Positions 38,519-46,804 of a stretch of DNA of 56,100 nt are shown piece by piece (position 1 is the first letter of the stretch; each line of letters opens with the position of its first letter). The notes under the pieces are model-generated. The model ran no database searches, was not told the DNA's origin, and worked only from the letters and a program-made list of their open reading frames with translations. This stretch comes from a virus (Duplodnaviria > Caudoviricetes): positions 1 to 56,100 of the IMG/VR virus record IMGVR_UViG_3300032397_000015; one strand, written 5' to 3'. A program made the position numbers and the translations under genes.

Positions 38519-38943
38519 CAGACCACCACTGCGGCTTGTTGAGATTGCTGCTCTTCGTTCATTACCTGGACGATGATCTCGATCTCCGGCAGGACGGGGT
38601 CGGGGATAATGTCCAGCAGGTGGAGGTTGCGGAGTCGCTCAGGGGCGGAGCGGTTGGTCCTCTCCTGTTCTTCCTTTATCTGCTGTTCGATTCGGGTCGT
38701 CATCAACCGAAGATCGGCGAACAATTCCGATGGGTCCGATGGATCAAAGTTCTGGCCTATGAAGGACCTGAGACCGCCAGCGCGCCCCGGCTCGAAAATC
38801 GACCGGCCACCGTTGCTCAGAAAAAGAAGGACGACGACCTGGACCAGAAGGTCGATGCCCTCAACGTACTCTGGCGGCCTCGAGACTCCCGGCACAAGGC
38901 GTCCCGTGACAGCGTCTTTGGTGAGTATCTTCAGGTCGGGCAT
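38518..38943 (-). CDS. Baseplate wedge initiator (gp25/gpW-like)
   Basis: EGIDLLVQVVVLLFLSNGGRSIFEPGRAGGL; immediately upstream of the J-like gene. Confidence 0.7.
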   Translation of the reverse strand: MPDLKILTKDAVTGRLVPGVSRPPEYVEGIDLLVQVVVLLFLSNGGRSIFEPGRAGGLRSFIGQNFDPSDPSELFADLRLMTTRIEQQIKEEQERTNRSAPERLRNLHLLDIIPDPVLPEIEIIVQVMNEEQQSQQAAVVV

Positions 38944-38967
38944 AACCTGTCGGAAACCTTATCACGG

Positions 38968-40953
38968 TCACTCGCAGAGGGGCACGCCGCCCTTGGGATG
39001 CTTGGAGTATTCCTCGAGCCCGCTGGCTAGCCGGCCGCCGGCCCCGACCGACAGCTTGTCCAGGTTAGCGGAGAACTCGTTGAACCCATCAGAAGCATTG
39101 TCCAGGTTGATTTGGAGCTGCTTGCCGATCTCTTTGAGGTCCGCGACGATGGCCTCTACGGTCTGCGCGTTGCGCTGAATGTCGGAGATCTGATTCTGCA
39201 ACCCATCGACAAGCCTGCTCAGGCCCTGGTCGGAGGAGTCGGCGGCAGCGATGTCCTGGTTCGTGCGCTTAGCCACCAGCCCGTCACGGATGTTGGCGAT
39301 CTGCTGCTTGGTCTGGGCGTCGTCCAGTCCGCTCATGGTTTCCGTCAAGCACTTGATGACGGTGCCCAGATAGGACAGGTCGTCCATGCCGCTGTCCAGG
39401 AACTCGGAGAAGGCGCCAGAGGCCAGCAGGTCAACTCCTCGATCTAGCCCCAGCTGACGCATAGAGTCGACTAGTTGATCAAAGTTCTCGCGGGCGCCTA
39501 TCTGCAGCTTCAGGAATGGCAGGCATGCTGCCTTTTGCCGGCTGGCAACGTCGGACGAATCCGTGATCGACGAAACCTGCCCCAGGGCAGACTGCGCAAC
39601 CAGGGCGTGGAAGGTGGCCATTTTGTTCGGATTGGTGGTCCCGGCGTCGATGTCATCGCGCACGCGCAGCGCGCCCTTGGTGAGCCCAAGGACCTTGGTC
39701 TTCAAGATCGTGGTGTCTTCGATGCCGGCAACCGTAGCCCCATCCTCGCTAGAAATGCTGGTCAGGTCATACAGGAGCTTGTCGAAGTTGGACTGTAAAA
39801 TGGCGGCGTATCCGACGTCGAGCTCGGACCCTTCGATAAAGGACAGGTCCTTGAGCTGGTCCATGAATACGATCATGGACTTCACCCTCGACGACCAGAG
39901 CAACATCTCCCCGGACGCCGCCCTGGTTGATTGACGACGAGTGGCGGAATCCACCCTGAGTCGCAGATCGGTTATGCGCGCCAGGATCTCAGCGATGCCT
40001 CTGGCTCGTTGCTCTTGTACGACGCTGGTGTTGGCGGACGAGCGGAAGCTGTCGAGCACCTGGCCCAGGGCGCTGATCATGTGGTTTATGATGTCGGACT
40101 GCGACACGACGGCGGCCATCTCGGCCTCGATCAGATAGATCAGCGACGGAATCACGATGGTCGACAGCGCGACATTGGCTCGGTCCACGTGAGCTGCATC
40201 TACACTTCCGTAGGTAAGGATGTCAGCGACATCCAAGATCGATGTGCTGCCCTGGACCGGTGCCATCAACGCGCTCACCTGGAGCAGCGCGTCTCTCGCC
40301 CTGTCGAACGCCTGGGAGTCGAATGCGATGGCGTTGCCGACGATCCGCTGGCTGTTCGTTAACTCGATGATGGCCTCATTCAAGAAGAACGACACCTGGT
40401 CCAGGCTAGCCAGTGTCGTGTCCCTGTAGGTGTCCACGTTCTGGGCCAGAACGAGCACCGCGTTGGTCAGCTGGATGATGTGCTTTTTCATGCAATCCAG
40501 GTTGGCGATCTTCAAGTCGGCCATTTTGACAATGGTCTGACACATGTTCTGCGCAGCAACGTATGGCATGTCCGAAGCCAGGCCCATCATCAGATAGGCG
40601 GTGGTGGTTACCTGTTCGCCAAGGTTTCGGATCTGCTGCACGCGCTTGGTGACGCCGGGGAACTCCTTGGTCAGCGACCCCATCGCGCCGGTCAACTCGC
40701 GTTTCACGTACTGAGAGGTCAACCCGACAGCAGCGCCGGCCAGGTTTCCAAACGCATCCCCTTCGGACAGCGTCGAGACTTTGTCGATGAGTGAGTCCAG
40801 GTTTAGGTTAGCGGCAGCGGCCAGCGGATCGGTGAACCCCTGGACTCCGGACAGGATGCCATCCATCAGCGTCGACAGTTCCTTCGCAACGAACTGCGGG
40901 AAGATGGTCGACAGGCAGCCTACTGCATGCGTGAGCTCGGCTTCGGTCGGCAC
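38968..40953 (-). CDS. Large alpha-helical hypothetical protein
   Basis: 661 aa, helix- and coiled-coil-rich, in the baseplate operon. Confidence 0.75.
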   Translation of the reverse strand: MPTEAELTHAVGCLSTIFPQFVAKELSTLMDGILSGVQGFTDPLAAAANLNLDSLIDKVSTLSEGDAFGNLAGAAVGLTSQYVKRELTGAMGSLTKEFPGVTKRVQQIRNLGEQVTTTAYLMMGLASDMPYVAAQNMCQTIVKMADLKIANLDCMKKHIIQLTNAVLVLAQNVDTYRDTTLASLDQVSFFLNEAIIELTNSQRIVGNAIAFDSQAFDRARDALLQVSALMAPVQGSTSILDVADILTYGSVDAAHVDRANVALSTIVIPSLIYLIEAEMAAVVSQSDIINHMISALGQVLDSFRSSANTSVVQEQRARGIAEILARITDLRLRVDSATRRQSTRAASGEMLLWSSRVKSMIVFMDQLKDLSFIEGSELDVGYAAILQSNFDKLLYDLTSISSEDGATVAGIEDTTILKTKVLGLTKGALRVRDDIDAGTTNPNKMATFHALVAQSALGQVSSITDSSDVASRQKAACLPFLKLQIGARENFDQLVDSMRQLGLDRGVDLLASGAFSEFLDSGMDDLSYLGTVIKCLTETMSGLDDAQTKQQIANIRDGLVAKRTNQDIAAADSSDQGLSRLVDGLQNQISDIQRNAQTVEAIVADLKEIGKQLQINLDNASDGFNEFSANLDKLSVGAGGRLASGLEEYSKHPKGGVPLCE

Positions 40954-41832
40954 CTAGCGCTCCACGTTGGACTGACGATAGTAGTAGTCGAGCTTCTTTT
41001 CGATCTGCTTCTTGAGTCCGCGGACCTTCTGCGGGGACATGTTCAGGGCCTTGCCCAGCTGCAGCGGATCTTCTATGACGGGCTTGCCGAAGCCGCTGAA
41101 CGTGTGCTCCAGGATGAGCTGCTGGTCCGGATTGAGCGATCCGTGCAGGAAGGCTGCCTGCTGCTCGACCATCGAGTTGCCGGCCAGGGTGCCCTCGTGT
41201 CCGGCGCTCTCAGCCAGGAAGTCGCTGCGCAGCTCACGGCGAAGCGTGCCGACCATCTTCGGCGTGACCGTCTTCTGACGAAGCGCGGACAGGTCGGGCA
41301 TGGAGATCAGGACGTCGTCTGCCAGCTCCGCGTCGGAGGGCGGCCGGCCGTGTATCTCGGAGAGCTCGGCTTCGCGCTGCTTGAGCGTGCCGATCAGCCA
41401 GGAGCGATCTTCCGGGATGCGCCCGATGTTCGAGTACCGCTGCATGTAGCGGTCCATCTGTCGACCCAGGCCGTAGGTGATGTGAGTCGACAGCTGGGCG
41501 CCGCGAGTCGGATCGTAGGTGTCGATCGCCTTGACGTACCGCCGCATGATCTGGCCCTTGATCGCGGCCTTCGGCAAGTTCGAGGATGCGACGTACCTGT
41601 TCGTGGCGGAGTTGATGAGTGGCTGGTGGCTGTTCAAGAGCCAGCTGAAGTCTTCGGGGTTCGGGTTGGCGCGCCAGCGCTGCCAGGACTCCATCTCCTG
41701 TTGCTTGAGGTCGTCACGCGAGATCCCCTCAGCGGCCGCCTGCTTGGTCAGCCACTCCTCGAGCTCGCGCTCTAGATCTTCCTCAACCTGTGAATCCACG
41801 GGCGTTGGCCAATTCCTCTCGGTATGCCTCAA
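40954..41832 (-). CDS. RNA polymerase sigma70-family factor (group 3, SigF/FliA-like); start may be GTG 41799
   Basis: Region 2 KAIDTYDPTRGAQLSTHITYGLGRQMDRY...GRIP; region 3 IHGRPPSDAELAD; region 4 LNPDQQLILE...LGKALNMSPQKVRGLKKQIEKKL. Confidence 0.9.
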   Translation of the reverse strand: MRHTERNWPTPVDSQVEEDLERELEEWLTKQAAAEGISRDDLKQQEMESWQRWRANPNPEDFSWLLNSHQPLINSATNRYVASSNLPKAAIKGQIMRRYVKAIDTYDPTRGAQLSTHITYGLGRQMDRYMQRYSNIGRIPEDRSWLIGTLKQREAELSEIHGRPPSDAELADDVLISMPDLSALRQKTVTPKMVGTLRRELRSDFLAESAGHEGTLAGNSMVEQQAAFLHGSLNPDQQLILEHTFSGFGKPVIEDPLQLGKALNMSPQKVRGLKKQIEKKLDYYYRQSNVER

Positions 41833-44743
41833 TGATAGACCTGCGCAAATCTACCACTTGCTTCTCGGACAGTGGCTGCGTAAGAGGCTTGCGTTCATTC
41901 TGTTCCAAGCCGTCGCCGGTCGGCGCCTGGTCCTTGGGGGCCATGGTCTTGCACACGGTGGGGCGATGGCGCCCCTTGCTGGTGCGGGCCTCCTCCTCCT
42001 TCTTTTTCTTGGCCAGGTCGGCCACGCGCTTTTGCGCCGCGGCTGCCTGCTCCTTATCCGTCGCTGGGCGAGTTGCCCCTCCTTCGACCGAGAACCAGTC
42101 GGCATTAGTTCCCGGCGGAGGCCTGTCCGCCTCGTTGGCGTTGGGGCCATAGCCAGCAGCTTTCAACGACTCCTGCCATAGACGAAATTCGAAGTCGTAC
42201 ATGAGCGGGCGGCCGTTGTACCTGGGGAAGTCAGACGGTCCCGCCTCGGTCACCAGCAGCGCGTTGCGCGTCTTGACGTCGGTTGCCTCTTTGCCGGTGT
42301 GGATCTTGGTGTCGAAAATAGGGAATGCGCCGGACATCAAGTTTGGCGCCGGCTTGACGGCGTCGGCGTGTACAGGATCTGCACCGGACACTGCGTCGAC
42401 CTCCAGGGTCGTGGAGGTGGCGGTTGGCGCCGTCGTCTTTCCTGTAGCTGTTCCAGAATAGCCGGAGCCGACGGACGCGTCGCCTACGAACCTGTCGAGA
42501 CGAGCTGTTTTATAGTTGATCGTCCTGGACGCTGCCGGGCTTCCGTTAAAGGTGACGGGTACGTCGCCGGTCGCGGCGGCAAGCTCAACTCCATTGTCGA
42601 ACACCTTGTCGGCGAACTCGCGAGGGGATGCGCCGACGAACCTGAATGCCTGGTCAATCGTCGTGAACGTTCGCTTGGTTCGCTCGGAGGCCATGTCGAA
42701 CTCGTGACCGTTGTCGCGAGCTAGCCGGTATCGAGAGTTCATCTCGACCACGGCGTCGTGCAACTGGATCGCGTCGTTGGCGGGGATGATCCGATCGCGT
42801 AACGCGGCAGGGAGGTCTGCTTCCGTGGCCTTATGATCCTTGGTTGTCTTGGCGGTCAAGGCAGCGGCGATGGCCGCGTCCTGGACCTTGATGTCGGCAG
42901 TTTCCTTTTCTGTCGGCGGCTTGAACAGTACTCGCTGAACGACTCCGACGCTCTTTCCGAACCACTCCGCGTAGCGCAGGTCCAGCCCCTCCAGCGTTCG
43001 ATATGCCTCATCGAACCACTCCGGAACCGGCGGCTGGTTGCCACCCTCGAACACCTTGGAGAAGTCGTAGTTGCCCGCAGCGTCTCGAGCCAAGTCGAAA
43101 TCAAGCGGATCGCCAAGCTTAGAGCTCTTGAAGATGGGGCGATTGAGATCGATCTCGTCAGTCAGACGGGGGTGGCTGATCGTGTATGAGGTGATGGCCG
43201 TGCCGCCAGAATCGATCGAGTGCTGAATACCGTCGAGATAGGCGACGATGTTCATGTTGGCGGCTGAGTCGTCGAGGGCGAGGATGGGAAAGCCGGGGAC
43301 GGGGCGAATGTTGTATGGCCCGGCCAGCGACGTCTGCCTCGCTACGTACTTGGACTTGAAATACTCGTAGCTCGCCACGTTCTGCAGATACTTTGGGACT
43401 CCTCCGGTGCGCGCCCCGGTTGGGGTGCGCTTGCCTGGGTCGGTCAGCGTGAGTGTCGAAGGGGCGGGTGCAAGATTGATGAATTCGTAGACGATTCCAC
43501 GGATGCGCTCCTCGTTGGTCGTCCAGTCGTAGTCGGAGAATGTGGGGGTCTGGCCGGCACCATCCGCAAATTTCCCATCGGCAGATCGCTTCTTGATCGA
43601 CTTGCGGTCCGGATCACGGACGAGCGCCTGGAATACCTCGAGCTCGGTCGGGCGGATGAAGCGGACCCCCTGGAGAGCCTGCGCGGACAGCATCGGGATC
43701 TGCGGCTGCATCTGCAGTCGCGTCGTCTCCTGCAGGAAGTTCTCCTGATACGCCATGCTGTCGTACATGTTAGGAAATAGGATGTTGCACGTCGGAGGCG
43801 ACAGCGAATAAACGTGAGGCTTGAAGATGACGCTGCCGATGACATCGTCCTCGGCGGTCTCATATTCGAATAGGTCAACCTTGGCGACGCCGTTGACGTT
43901 GCGCTTTACGGTCTTCTTGTTGCGCTTGATGTTCCCGAACGAGTCCCGCATGAAGATGCGGGTCTTGAGGTACGGGGGCGCAGGCACGGAGACCCACTCA
44001 TGCATGATGGAGCTAAGTAGCTGGTTGACCATCTCGGCCAGATTGGTCTGCCCTCCGGTGCGTCCGGCCAGGCCATCCAGGAAGTCGGACATCATCGCGA
44101 GCTCGAACAGTTTCGAGGTGGCGCCGGCCGGCCCGCGAATAATCCGGTCGGTCAGGCGAAATCGGTTACGGACGTTCGTGTAAAACGGGTTCACGTTGCC
44201 GACATCGTCGATGGCGGAAATCATGGTGTCCATGAATCGCTCTTCCGGCTGGTCTTTGGCCGCGCCCAGGCGCTGGCTCATGTAGCCGTACGACCCCGTC
44301 GAGTTCACCGTCCCGAGCTTGGCGAAACCGCCAGAGTCAGCGGTGACCAGCTGGTCGACGATGTTGCCGCCAGCTGAGGTCAGGTTCAGCCAGAACTGAC
44401 GAGCCTCGACCCAGTAAACCGAGGGATCTGCGCACTGGACGGTAAAGTTTCGACCTCCGCCTTGACGGCTGAAGCCTCTGGAGATGACGACGCCCTCGAA
44501 CAGGAGCTTGTAGTCAGACAGGTCGCCGGCCGGGCTGATGTCCCAGGGATCGGTTGTGAAAATATGGATCCACGTCCCGGGCATGATGTGCTTGATCGTG
44601 TTGGTCGGGACGAGCTCGATCTGAGCCATGGCCGGGGATCCAATGGTCCCGGACACGTTCGTGTGAACGAGCGCGTTCTCGATGAGCTGCCCCTCGAGGT
44701 AGATGCGCAGCTTGACGCTGGTTCCTGATCCGTGGCGGGCCAT
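41783..44743 (-). CDS. Baseplate hub protein (gpD/gp27-like)
   Basis: 986 aa; LRIYLEG...LFEGVVISRGF...FTVQCAD N-terminus and GPYNIRPVPGFP...YLDGIQHSI are typical of hub proteins. Confidence 0.7.
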   Translation of the reverse strand: MARHGSGTSVKLRIYLEGQLIENALVHTNVSGTIGSPAMAQIELVPTNTIKHIMPGTWIHIFTTDPWDISPAGDLSDYKLLFEGVVISRGFSRQGGGRNFTVQCADPSVYWVEARQFWLNLTSAGGNIVDQLVTADSGGFAKLGTVNSTGSYGYMSQRLGAAKDQPEERFMDTMISAIDDVGNVNPFYTNVRNRFRLTDRIIRGPAGATSKLFELAMMSDFLDGLAGRTGGQTNLAEMVNQLLSSIMHEWVSVPAPPYLKTRIFMRDSFGNIKRNKKTVKRNVNGVAKVDLFEYETAEDDVIGSVIFKPHVYSLSPPTCNILFPNMYDSMAYQENFLQETTRLQMQPQIPMLSAQALQGVRFIRPTELEVFQALVRDPDRKSIKKRSADGKFADGAGQTPTFSDYDWTTNEERIRGIVYEFINLAPAPSTLTLTDPGKRTPTGARTGGVPKYLQNVASYEYFKSKYVARQTSLAGPYNIRPVPGFPILALDDSAANMNIVAYLDGIQHSIDSGGTAITSYTISHPRLTDEIDLNRPIFKSSKLGDPLDFDLARDAAGNYDFSKVFEGGNQPPVPEWFDEAYRTLEGLDLRYAEWFGKSVGVVQRVLFKPPTEKETADIKVQDAAIAAALTAKTTKDHKATEADLPAALRDRIIPANDAIQLHDAVVEMNSRYRLARDNGHEFDMASERTKRTFTTIDQAFRFVGASPREFADKVFDNGVELAAATGDVPVTFNGSPAASRTINYKTARLDRFVGDASVGSGYSGTATGKTTAPTATSTTLEVDAVSGADPVHADAVKPAPNLMSGAFPIFDTKIHTGKEATDVKTRNALLVTEAGPSDFPRYNGRPLMYDFEFRLWQESLKAAGYGPNANEADRPPPGTNADWFSVEGGATRPATDKEQAAAAQKRVADLAKKKKEEEARTSKGRHRPTVCKTMAPKDQAPTGDGLEQNERKPLTQPLSEKQVVDLRRSIIEAYREELANARGFTG

Positions 44744-44747
44744 ATGA

Positions 44748-45878
44748 TCAGTCGTATGTAAATGGGATGATGCTGGGCGGCAGTTTTGATCCGGACGAGG
44801 TCAGAGAGTCTGACTGGCCGAACGACATTGACGAGCTGGGTCTCTTGGCATCGGTGGCGCCGGAAGCCGCACCGGGCTGCGCTGACTCCCCGGACGTCAA
44901 GTCCGTCCCGACGACCACTGTCACGTCGGCGGCGGGGTGGAACCTGTTGGCGAAGTATTCCCTCATCAAGAGAAAGGTCTCGATTCCGTCCTGCCCGCCC
45001 GTCTTCGTGACGTCGAGGGCAGCGTTGAGCGATGCGAATACCATGTCCTCGGATTCGGTGCTGCCCGACCTGGCGAACCTGGCGTCGAGGGCAGCGATTG
45101 GATTCAGGCTGGACCGGTTGATGACAAGCAGGGTGAACTGAAACGGCACCGCCTTGTCGGCCAGCGCCGACTGGCTGATAGAGCAGTTCATCATGTACCC
45201 CTCCACCATGACGTCATCGTATTGCAAGATCATCGTTGCGCGTTGCTTGACGGCCTGAGAACCGCGCAGGAAGTTATCGTAGTTGAACTGGAACTCGTTC
45301 TTCCAGTCATGGTTGCTGGCATTGAGGAGCGTACCAGAATAGCTATAGACCTCAGGCTTGCGACCAAAGAAGAAAGCCACCCACTCGCCGAAGGTGTCGA
45401 TGACCTGGACCTTCTCCTCTCGGGTTTCGTTGACCTGCTCAAGGAAGAACTTGGTGTTCGGTGGAATCAGGTTGATCCACGGCACCTGAGATTCCCCCGG
45501 CTTTAGCGCCGCGATCTCCGCTGACTTCCTTCGCCGAATCAACCTGATCGTAGCCGGCTGATCTTTCTTCTCTGATAGCTGCCTGGCCAATGAGTTCTCG
45601 CGCAGATTGGTTTCGAACTTGGCCCTCTTGACAGGGGACGCGTTGGACAGCAAGTGGCGAGACTGACGATACGAGTCGTCATTCTGCCAACCATCAAACA
45701 TGTCAACCTTGATGCTCGGGTCATCGGTCGTGACGTCGACCAGGGAGTTCGACCCCTCCGAGAAGGCGTCAGTGAGGAACAGGTCGTGCTGAACGACCTG
45801 GCCGTTGCCGACCGCTCCGACGCCTTCGAGCTGCGCCTGGGTCTCTTCCTTTGAGGTAGATGGCGGTAGATTTGCCAT
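44748..45878 (-). CDS. Tail tube-initiator-like baseplate protein
   Basis: EKVQVIDTFG...FFGRKPEVYSYSGTL...VEGYMMNCSISQ...VPFQFTLLV, a tube-fold pattern; downstream of tape measure. Confidence 0.55.
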   Translation of the reverse strand: MANLPPSTSKEETQAQLEGVGAVGNGQVVQHDLFLTDAFSEGSNSLVDVTTDDPSIKVDMFDGWQNDDSYRQSRHLLSNASPVKRAKFETNLRENSLARQLSEKKDQPATIRLIRRRKSAEIAALKPGESQVPWINLIPPNTKFFLEQVNETREEKVQVIDTFGEWVAFFFGRKPEVYSYSGTLLNASNHDWKNEFQFNYDNFLRGSQAVKQRATMILQYDDVMVEGYMMNCSISQSALADKAVPFQFTLLVINRSSLNPIAALDARFARSGSTESEDMVFASLNAALDVTKTGGQDGIETFLLMREYFANRFHPAADVTVVVGTDLTSGESAQPGAASGATDAKRPSSSMSFGQSDSLTSSGSKLPPSIIPFTYD

Positions 45879-46804
45879 TACGCCTTTCCTCCCCCGTTCA
45901 GGCCAGATCTGGACACGGTTGAGTCGAAGCTGCCGGCCCGCAGCTGGATTTGCTCATCAACGGCCAGCGCGATTGAGCGAATTGCCACATGGCCATCCAT
46001 GGTGCGTCGCAGCAGTTTCTGTTTACGGATACCGATAGGGCCGTAGACCGAATCGAATATTTGGATCGTTGGGTCCGGTGCGTCTCCAAACACCAGCTCG
46101 AACTCGGCGCTGTTGTACCGCGGATCCACCAGGTTGCCGTCATCATCGAACGCCGCCAGCGCCGTCAACCTGTATGTCGACCCGCCGCCGACGTACCGCA
46201 GGGTCACATAGTCAGGGTGGTTCACGTTGGACATGACCTCCACGATAGACAACGGCGCCGCGCCTTCGGAGACCAAGTCGATCTTCCAGTTGGGCGGGAA
46301 CAAGAGGTTGCCATCCTGGCGAAGCGGGCGATTGAAGTAAGCGACCAAGACGTTCGGCTGCGGGTTGCGAACCTTGAGTAGCCGAAGACCTGCCCCAACG
46401 TTGAAGTGGTAGACGAGCTCGCTCGCCTCGTCGCTGTCGTCCTTGACGTAGACGAACACCTCTTGCCGGCTGCCCAGCGGGAACTGGACGGGGAGTCGGA
46501 GTTCGACGTCGATGCCGTTGCCATCGTTCAGCGCCGTAAACATGGTGGCGCCGTTCTGCGCAACTCCGCCCAGGACGTAGGTCACGGCACCGACGGAGAT
46601 CCTCAGTGTGGCCTGACCTACCAGCGAGTCGTCGGTCAAGCGGATGAAGATCGGGGTGCTCTGCGCAACGTCGGACTCGTCGTCCACTGGTTCCAGTGGA
46701 GCGATGACAGGTGGGCCTGGAGGCGGAGTGATGCCCGAGCCCCACTGGGAGTCACCCCACTTGCCCTTGCCGATGCCCTGCGTTCCTGATGGAGGGGTGC
46801 TCAT
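45878..46804 (-). CDS. Hypothetical structural protein with Ig-like segments
   Basis: 308 aa, beta-rich; N-terminal GIGKGKWGDSQWGSG. Confidence 0.7.
   Translation of the reverse strand: MSTPPSGTQGIGKGKWGDSQWGSGITPPPGPPVIAPLEPVDDESDVAQSTPIFIRLTDDSLVGQATLRISVGAVTYVLGGVAQNGATMFTALNDGNGIDVELRLPVQFPLGSRQEVFVYVKDDSDEASELVYHFNVGAGLRLLKVRNPQPNVLVAYFNRPLRQDGNLLFPPNWKIDLVSEGAAPLSIVEVMSNVNHPDYVTLRYVGGGSTYRLTALAAFDDDGNLVDPRYNSAEFELVFGDAPDPTIQIFDSVYGPIGIRKQKLLRRTMDGHVAIRSIALAVDEQIQLRAGSFDSTVSRSGLNGGGKA

Noticed and set aside
38939-38946. GGCATAAC near-match to the motif
   Set aside because: Mismatch in the core, coincides with the reverse complement of a start codon, and no plus-strand gene follows.
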